Shown: positions 58,014-64,000 of the stretch, one piece after another
Layout of the letters: each line of letters starts with the position of its first letter
Numbering within the stretch: position 1 is the stretch's first letter
From: an uncultured Gammaproteobacteria bacterium
Lineage (GTDB): Bacteria; Patescibacteriota; Patescibacteriia; Buchananbacterales; UBA6539
Direction: 5' to 3'
Length of the DNA: 64,000 bases
Assembly (NCBI GenBank): GCA_964540635.1
Contig: CAZINP010000004.1
Span: forward strand, 55,306 to 119,305
The notes under the pieces: model-generated
Database searches by the model: none
What the model was told of the DNA's origin: nothing
What the model saw: the letters and a program-made list of their open reading frames with translations, nothing else
Translations under genes and position numbers: made by a program

Positions 58014-59327
58014 ATGGTAAATAATTCTCAACCCAGCGACGATTTTTTTAGTTTGCTGGAAAAAGAACAAAAGGAGAATAACCCGACCAGTCTTGATGAA
58101 ATTATATTTAGAGATCAAGCGGGGAAAATGAAGGTCTTAAAGGACGGTCAGGTTTTTGATTATGTTCAAAAAGAACTTCCTAAACCATTAACCGAGAAAA
58201 AAGTTAAGGATATTGTCGAGCCACCGGCAAGCAAGCCATTGGAAATTATTGAAAATGATCAGGAGTATAAGAAAAAAATTTTTTCTGAAATCAAGCCAAA
58301 GTCTTTGCCGGAAATAAAATTGTCAGAGAATAAAAAGGCAGAAGAAAAGATAAGCCGTGCGCCGCTTGAGGTTAATCGGTTAATTAAACCAAGTCTGCCG
58401 CAGATGCCGCCTAGACCCAAAAGACAGATAATTTTAAGTCCGGCTCATTCCGTGGCTGATTTTACCGAAGCCGCCCAAGAAATTATCAAGAAGGTAAATT
58501 TGTCGCTTTCTGACACCGATTTAAACAAGCGATTGCTTAATGTTATTATTTCCAATCTAAAGAACATACGTGATCGAATAGAAACAAAAGAAATGCTATT
58601 GTCTTCACCGCTTGAAGGAGGGGTTGGCTTGACTCAGGATGTTGTTGATAAAATTATTGATTTGAGCGAAGAAAAAAGAGCTTCATTTTCACAAATTAAG
58701 CCCAGGGGATCTGACGTTCCCGTTTCTCTGCAGGCGGAGGTGGAAATGATGCTTGAAAAACCAACGGAAACAAAACAAGTACCGGAGAAAAAAGTTTTAA
58801 GTTTGCCGCAAGAAAAACCAAAACCGCCAGAGCCGAAATTGGCAATGCCCGCCATTGTTTCTGTTTTGCCAAAAAACGATGAGAAAAAACCGACCATCAA
58901 GGAAAAAATTGTTTTGCCCGTTATAGAAAAAAAACAGGCGATTACTCCGGTTGTTTCCGAAAAGCAGGCCGTAAAGACTGAACCGATTAAATTTAAGCCA
59001 AAGCTTTTAGATCCGGTGGAAGAAATAAGGACAATGACCATTAAGGATTTTAGGCTTTTAGACCCCGATCCGGTCAAGGCGGCTGATAAAATTATGAAAA
59101 AGATTGAATTGCTCGAGGAAGAATCAATTGTTCAGAAAGTAAATGGCATTAAGGCTTGGAAGGAAAGTGAGCCATATAAATTATATTTAAAAATTGGTTT
59201 GCAGGCCATGGAAGAAAAATGTTTGATGTCTGAAATTATAGCCAAGTATCAAGCTGCTAATCAAGAGACTTTAAGCGAAGCTGAACTTGAGGCGATTATG
59301 GAGTTAAGTCAAAAAATTAGATATTAG
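58014..59327 (+). CDS. Hypothetical Lys/Pro/Glu-rich protein (437 aa)
   Basis: ORF only, with low-complexity composition. Confidence 0.35.
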   Translation: MVNNSQPSDDFFSLLEKEQKENNPTSLDEIIFRDQAGKMKVLKDGQVFDYVQKELPKPLTEKKVKDIVEPPASKPLEIIENDQEYKKKIFSEIKPKSLPEIKLSENKKAEEKISRAPLEVNRLIKPSLPQMPPRPKRQIILSPAHSVADFTEAAQEIIKKVNLSLSDTDLNKRLLNVIISNLKNIRDRIETKEMLLSSPLEGGVGLTQDVVDKIIDLSEEKRASFSQIKPRGSDVPVSLQAEVEMMLEKPTETKQVPEKKVLSLPQEKPKPPEPKLAMPAIVSVLPKNDEKKPTIKEKIVLPVIEKKQAITPVVSEKQAVKTEPIKFKPKLLDPVEEIRTMTIKDFRLLDPDPVKAADKIMKKIELLEEESIVQKVNGIKAWKESEPYKLYLKIGLQAMEEKCLMSEIIAKYQAANQETLSEAELEAIMELSQKIRY

Positions 59328-59361
59328 TAAAAATAACCTTTTTGTGTTATAATTATTTAAG

Positions 59362-59820
59362 ATGCAGCAATTTGTCGTGCCACAATTTATCGACGTTGAG
59401 GATAAGGTTTTAGGTCCGATTACCGTGCGTCAATTTATCATTATTTTGGTTGGCGGCGGTCTTATTTTTGTCGCCTATAAGTTAGCAGATCTTACTTTAT
59501 TCATTTTGGAAGCGGTGATTATTGCTTTTGCAACATTTATTATCGCCTTTGTTAAGATAAACGGCCGGCCAATTCATTATTTTTTCCTAAATGTCTTGCA
59601 GACTTTAATGAGAGACCGGCTCCGCGTTTGGCTTAAAGTTTATTCTCGTCAAGAAATAAAAGAAGCGGAAAATGCACCGGCACCAAAATTACCAATGGAA
59701 ATACTGACCAGAAATAAAGTTCGCGCCTCGCGTTTGGCGGAAATGGCTTTAATTGTTGATACGGGTGGAATTTATGAGGGCGAGAAAGAACCGCCGGAAA
59801 GTAAAAACGAATTAGTATGA
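59362..59820 (+). CDS. VirB3-like small two-TM protein
   Basis: 152 aa with two adjacent hydrophobic helices. It sits immediately upstream of, and overlaps, the VirB4 N-terminal ORF. Confidence 0.45.
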   Translation: MQQFVVPQFIDVEDKVLGPITVRQFIIILVGGGLIFVAYKLADLTLFILEAVIIAFATFIIAFVKINGRPIHYFFLNVLQTLMRDRLRVWLKVYSRQEIKEAENAPAPKLPMEILTRNKVRASRLAEMALIVDTGGIYEGEKEPPESKNELV

Positions 59821-60497
59821 GATCAAAAAAATTAGCAACCGGAAAAATTAACACCTCAACCCAAAAGTATCTGGATATTGCCGAAATCAGAGATGATGTG
59901 GTGATTATGAAAGACGGAACAATGCGTGCCGTGATTTTGGTTTCCAGTATAAATTTTTCTTTAAAATCAGAAGATGAACAGAACGCGATAATCTCGGCTT
60001 ATGTCAGTTTTTTAAATTTTTTGGAATTTCCTCTGCAAATTGTCATCCAGTCAAGACGGCTTGATATTGACAGCTACATTGATCGTTTAAAAAAAATTGA
60101 AAAAGAGCAAACAAATGAATTATTGCGTTTACAGATAGTTGAATATACCAATTACATTAAAGAGCTGGTTGAGATTGGAGATATTATGACTAAAAGATTT
60201 TACGTCGTTGTGCCTTATAACCCCTTATCAGACAAGCAGAAATCTTGGAATCAAAGATTTTTGGGCTTATTCACCGCGGCGGCTGAAGTTAAATTAAGCC
60301 AAGAAAATTTCATTAAAAGGCGACACTCTCTTTTTCAGAGGGTTGAGCACACCCTATCAAGTTTAGCCAGCATGGGGGTTAAATGCGCAGTTTTGGATAC
60401 GCCAAGCTTAATTGAATTGTATTATAATACTTATAACTTGGATGTTTATAGTAAGCAGAAGATTACGGATTTAAATAAGATTCGCGTTGATCAATAA
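59817..60497 (+). CDS. virB4: VirB4-family conjugative ATPase, N-terminal domain (separate ORF)
   Basis: YLDIAEIRDDVVIMKDGTMRAVILVSSINFSLKSEDEQ matches the VirB4/TraC N-terminal region. It ends with a TAA that overlaps the next ORF. Confidence 0.6.
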   Translation: MRSKKLATGKINTSTQKYLDIAEIRDDVVIMKDGTMRAVILVSSINFSLKSEDEQNAIISAYVSFLNFLEFPLQIVIQSRRLDIDSYIDRLKKIEKEQTNELLRLQIVEYTNYIKELVEIGDIMTKRFYVVVPYNPLSDKQKSWNQRFLGLFTAAAEVKLSQENFIKRRHSLFQRVEHTLSSLASMGVKCAVLDTPSLIELYYNTYNLDVYSKQKITDLNKIRVDQ

Positions 60498-62391
60498 TTA
60501 TATGGCGATAAAACCAATTGAAATATTAAGAGAGGAAGAAGCCGAAAAGATTGGTCCGAAAGTGACTTTAACGCCCGAGCAAAAAAGGGCGGCTGATTTA
60601 GCCGAGGTTCAGGCGCAAAAAGAAGTAATTGAAAAGTATAACGATTATTTGCAGGGCGTAATCTCCATAAAAGATTTAGTCGCGCCGGCGGCTATGGAGG
60701 TAACGCCAACTTTCATAAAATTAGGCGATAAATTTGTCAGAACAATTTTTGTTATTACCTATCCTCGTTATATTGCAGTTGGTTGGTTTTCGCCAATCAT
60801 TAATTTGTCGGCCACAATTGATATTGCCATGTTTTTTTATCCGGTTAAATCAGATATTATTTTGAAACAATTGCGCAATAAAGTCGGCGCCCTGGAAGCT
60901 CAAATAATTTCTGACAGAGAAAAGGGCGCACCGCGCGACCCGATTCGTGAAACCGCTTTGCGTGATATTGAAAAATTGCGCGATGATTTAACTCAGGGGA
61001 TTGAACATTTTTTCCAATTTGGTTTATATGTGACTTTTTATGCCGACAGCAAAGAACAGCTTGAGAACATGACCAATGATATTGAATCGCTTTTTGGTTC
61101 TCGTTTGGTTTTTACAAAGAAAGTTTTATACCAAGCCGAACAAGGGTTCAATTCAACTTTGCCAATCGGAAACGACGAATTGATGGTTGGGTTTAATATG
61201 AATTCTTCGCCGATTGCTTCATCATTTCCTTTTATGTCTTCTGAATTGACTTCCGATGAAGGGATTTTGTATGGTATAAATCGTCACAATAACAGTTTAA
61301 TTTTATTTGATCGCTTTTCTTTGCAGAATGCCAATACGGTGGTTTTTGCCACATCCGGGGCGGGTAAGAGCTATACCATAAAGCTGGAAGTTTTGCGCAC
61401 AATGATGTTTGGGACCGATGTTATTGTCATTGATCCGGAAAGGGAATACAAGCATTTATGCGATGCGGTCGGCGGAACATATATTAATATTTCTTTAAGT
61501 TCTGATGCCAAGATTAACCCGTTTGATTTGCCGCGCGCGGTTGGTGATCAGAGGCCGGATGATATTATCCGCGGTGCTGTTATTACTCTAAAAGGTTTAG
61601 TCAGATTAATGCTTGGGCAATTAACTCACCAGGAAGATTCAATTGTTGACAGGGCGTTATTGGAAACTTATGCCAAGAAGGATATTACCGCTGATGCTGA
61701 TTTATCAAAAATTGAACCGCCTATAATGCAAGATTTTCAAGATATTCTTGAAGGCATGGAAGGAGCTTCAGATTTAGCCTTGCGTTTAAGAAAGTTTACT
61801 CAAGGTACGTTTGCCGGGTTATTTAATAATCCGACCAATGTGGATATGAAAAATCAGCTCGTTGTTTTTTCGGTCAGAGATTTGGAAGACGAATTGAGAC
61901 CAATGGCAATTTATACTATTGTCAATTATATTTGGAATGTTGTCAGATCAGAACTTAAAAAACGTATTTTGATTATTGATGAAGCTTGGTGGTTAATGCA
62001 AAATGAAGATTCGGCGAAGTTCATATATGCTTTGGTCAAGCGTTGTCGCAAATATTATTTGGGTGTGACCAATATTACTCAAGATGTAAACGATTTTTTA
62101 CTTTCGCCTTATGGCCAAGCAATTGTAAACAATTCGGCTCTTCAACTTTTAATGCGCCAGTCTCCGGCTTCAGTGGAAAATATTCAGCGAACTTTTATGC
62201 TAACAGAAGGGGAGAAGTATTTGCTCTTGGAATGCGGCGTTGGTGAAGGCATATTTTTTGCCGGCGACAAACATGCGGCCATTAAGGTTGTTGCTTCGTA
62301 TGCTGAAGATCAATTGATTACATCTGATCCCAGGCAATTGTTAGAAATTGAAGAAGCAAAAAAGGAATTTGCCAAAAGTCAGAAGCAATAA
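60487..62391 (+). CDS. virB4: VirB4-family conjugative ATPase, ATPase domain (TTG start, or ATG at 60502)
   Basis: Walker A FATSGAGKSYT, DPEREY and Walker B LIIDEAWW are present. It lies in the +1 frame relative to the upstream ORF. Confidence 0.8.
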   Translation: MINNYMAIKPIEILREEEAEKIGPKVTLTPEQKRAADLAEVQAQKEVIEKYNDYLQGVISIKDLVAPAAMEVTPTFIKLGDKFVRTIFVITYPRYIAVGWFSPIINLSATIDIAMFFYPVKSDIILKQLRNKVGALEAQIISDREKGAPRDPIRETALRDIEKLRDDLTQGIEHFFQFGLYVTFYADSKEQLENMTNDIESLFGSRLVFTKKVLYQAEQGFNSTLPIGNDELMVGFNMNSSPIASSFPFMSSELTSDEGILYGINRHNNSLILFDRFSLQNANTVVFATSGAGKSYTIKLEVLRTMMFGTDVIVIDPEREYKHLCDAVGGTYINISLSSDAKINPFDLPRAVGDQRPDDIIRGAVITLKGLVRLMLGQLTHQEDSIVDRALLETYAKKDITADADLSKIEPPIMQDFQDILEGMEGASDLALRLRKFTQGTFAGLFNNPTNVDMKNQLVVFSVRDLEDELRPMAIYTIVNYIWNVVRSELKKRILIIDEAWWLMQNEDSAKFIYALVKRCRKYYLGVTNITQDVNDFLLSPYGQAIVNNSALQLLMRQSPASVENIQRTFMLTEGEKYLLLECGVGEGIFFAGDKHAAIKVVASYAEDQLITSDPRQLLEIEEAKKEFAKSQKQ

Positions 62392-62400
62392 AATTATAAT

Positions 62401-63006
62401 TTGAATAAGTTTATGACTATGACTAAGAGAAAAAAAATTATTATAATTTCCGGATTAGTTGTTTTAGTGTTAATTCTTTTAATTGTTCTGATTTGGTTCT
62501 GGCTTAATCCCAAGGCCATTACCTCTGTTTTTGAACCAAAGCAAGAAACCGGATTGCAAATTCCGGCTAATTTACCAAGTGCTTCATCTGCCTTGCCCGA
62601 TGCGTCAACCAATCCGATAAAAGAACCAAAGACTGAGGCGAGTATCAAGGCGATCGCGGTTACTTTTACCGAGAGATTTGGAAGTTTTTCCAGCCAATCA
62701 AATTATGCCAATTTGGATTCACTCAAAGCCATTTCAAGTAGAAAAATGATTAATTATTTAGAAAGCCTTAAGGTTGCCTCCGGTAACGAAGATTATACCG
62801 GTATCACCACGCAAGCATTGATTACCGAAGTTTTGTCTTTCAGCGATACTACTGGCCGTGCGGAAATAAAGGTTACAACCAAGCGTCAAGAAAGTTCAGG
62901 TTCAACAATTAATCCTCAAGAATATTATCAAGATTTGAATCTCAAGCTTGTTAAAGAAGATGGAAGCTGGAAAGTTGATCAGGCTGATTGGGGCTCAAAG
63001 AAATAA
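62401..63006 (+). CDS. Bitopic membrane protein, VirB8-like candidate
   Basis: An N-terminal TM helix is followed by a ~170-aa extracytoplasmic domain. Position downstream of virB4 supports the call; no sequence motif does. Confidence 0.3.
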   Translation: MNKFMTMTKRKKIIIISGLVVLVLILLIVLIWFWLNPKAITSVFEPKQETGLQIPANLPSASSALPDASTNPIKEPKTEASIKAIAVTFTERFGSFSSQSNYANLDSLKAISSRKMINYLESLKVASGNEDYTGITTQALITEVLSFSDTTGRAEIKVTTKRQESSGSTINPQEYYQDLNLKLVKEDGSWKVDQADWGSKK

Positions 63007-63038
63007 AATAAATATTAAAATCAACATAGCCAAAAGCT

Positions 63039-63689
63039 ATGTTTGATTTAAAAAAATATTTTCTTGATTTCTTATTTCCGATAGAATGCCTTGGTTGCTC
63101 TCAAGCAAATACTTGGCTTTGTCCCTCGTGCATTAAGAATTTGCTGTCTAATAAATTTTCATCTTTTAATATTTTAGTGAAGGGAGTTGATGTTGAGGTC
63201 GCTTATTTGGCAGATTATCAGGATTTATGGGAAAAAATAATTGTTAATTTTAAATATAATTTCATCTCGGAATTGATTGATATAATTGATAGGGCAGTAA
63301 CAGAAATTATCAGGGAAGATGATTTGCATAAATTTTTTCCAAAGGGCTGGGTTTTAGTCCCGGTGCCATTGTCCAAAAAGCGCCAAGCTTGGCGCGGCTT
63401 TAATCAGGCAGAAATTATTGCAAAATTAGTTGCCAAAAGAACCGGCCTGACCGTTGAAAATGATTTGATTTTTAGGCAAAGAAATACCCGCCCTCAAGTG
63501 GGCTTAAGTCGAAAGCAAAGAAGGAAAAATTTAAATGATGCTTTCAGGGTTAAACCAAGGTCTGATATTAAGGGCGTAATTTTAGTTGATGACGTCGTAA
63601 CAACGGGCTCAACTTTACTTGAATGCAGCCAAGCCTTGCAAATTTCCGGGGTAAAAATGGTTAAAGCATTTGTTTTAGCTCGCGGCTGA
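63039..63689 (+). CDS. comFC: ComF-family protein (ComFC, zinc ribbon + phosphoribosyltransferase domain)
   Basis: N-terminal CxxC...CxxC is present. The PRTase motif VILVDDVVTTGSTL is present. Confidence 0.8.
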   Translation: MFDLKKYFLDFLFPIECLGCSQANTWLCPSCIKNLLSNKFSSFNILVKGVDVEVAYLADYQDLWEKIIVNFKYNFISELIDIIDRAVTEIIREDDLHKFFPKGWVLVPVPLSKKRQAWRGFNQAEIIAKLVAKRTGLTVENDLIFRQRNTRPQVGLSRKQRRKNLNDAFRVKPRSDIKGVILVDDVVTTGSTLLECSQALQISGVKMVKAFVLARG

Positions 63690-63744
63690 TATCTTTACAA
63701 AAATAACTCATTATGATATATTATTAAAGCAAAATAAAGCTTTT

Positions 63745-63831
63745 GGAGAGGTGCCGGAGTGGTCGAACGGGACTCACTGCTAACGAGTTATCCCCTAAAA
63801 AGGATCGAGGGTTCGAATCCCTCCCTCTCCG
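63745..63831 (+). tRNA. tRNA-Ser (anticodon GCU)
   Basis: Hand-folded. Acceptor is GGAGAGG/CCTCTCC, anticodon loop CTGCTAA, with a long variable arm, T-arm GAGGGTTCGAATCCCTC and discriminator G. No CCA is encoded. Confidence 0.8.
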
Positions 63832-63845
63832 TATGGAGAAATTTA

Positions 63846-64000
63846 TGGAGGAAAAAAACACAAATCAGCCGGATTACGGCCAAGTCCATTTTTCTTGGAA
63901 GTTTATTGAATTCCCGAATTACGAAAGAACTAGAAGATGGTATACAATTTGGGTAGCAGTAATTGCCTTGATTTTACTTTTTTCTTTGCTGACTGCCAAT
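63846..64000 (+). CDS. Hypothetical membrane protein; the 3' end lies beyond the window
   Basis: RBS GGAGA lies 6 nt before the ATG. A hydrophobic helix begins at the window edge. Confidence 0.35.

Noticed and set aside
63759-63956. 65-aa plus-strand ORF
   Set aside because: It overlaps the tRNA-Ser gene entirely and is an artefact of the tRNA sequence.
1-64000. CRISPR arrays, rRNA genes and IS transposases
   Set aside because: No regularly spaced direct repeats, rRNA-like conserved stretches or transposase motifs (DDE, HUH) were seen anywhere in the window.

Overview
The window is gene-dense, AT-leaning and compact, with short intergenic spacers, many overlapping start/stop codons and no rRNA or CRISPR. 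The gene content points to a reduced-genome bacterium, possibly Patescibacteria/CPR-like (this is inference). Housekeeping genes carry clear family signatures. These are the purB C-terminus, two purC paralogs with the second fused to a class-II-like purE (PAICS-like), folD, glyA, a NUDIX gene, an Elp3-like radical-SAM/GNAT gene, a PMM/PGM gene, murI, trpS, thrC, pdaD, ppdK, typA, RNase J, an OppA-like SBP, secG, a DsbA-like gene, uvrA, leuS, a FemAB-family gene, tsaC, rsmA, metK and comFC. There are two tRNAs, Leu-CAG on the minus strand and Ser-GCU on the plus strand. The most unusual content is as follows. (1) A T-box riboswitch leader with sigma70-like promoter, specifier/antiterminator region and intrinsic terminator sits on the minus strand; it is followed by a strongly RBS-initiated 65-aa four-Cys protein and then trpS. 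(2) Three tandem paralogous membrane proteins (28.7-32.0 kb) share a signal peptide, a Cys-rich ectodomain, a near-identical two-helix hairpin core resembling the VirB2/TrbC pilin topology, and variable C-terminal domains. One C-terminal domain has LAS/M15-type zinc-peptidase motifs and one is glucosaminidase-like. (3) A tightly coupled operon (40.6-56.1 kb) encodes a TSP3-repeat membrane protein, a giant 3426-aa Cys-rich secreted protein with about five CBM4/9-like jelly-roll repeats and a C-terminal membrane anchor, a VirB6/TrbL-like polytopic protein with a roughly 700-aa hydrophilic tail, and a hypothetical gene. (4) Downstream lies a minimal T4SS-like set: a VirB3-like gene, a VirB4 split into two overlapping ORFs, and a bitopic VirB8-like candidate next to comFC. 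(5) A four-helix-bundle (23S IVS-type) gene is flanked by inverted AAATCTCAAAT-type repeats, with a related solo copy at 38.56 kb. Promoters and intrinsic terminators were read directly from the sequence.
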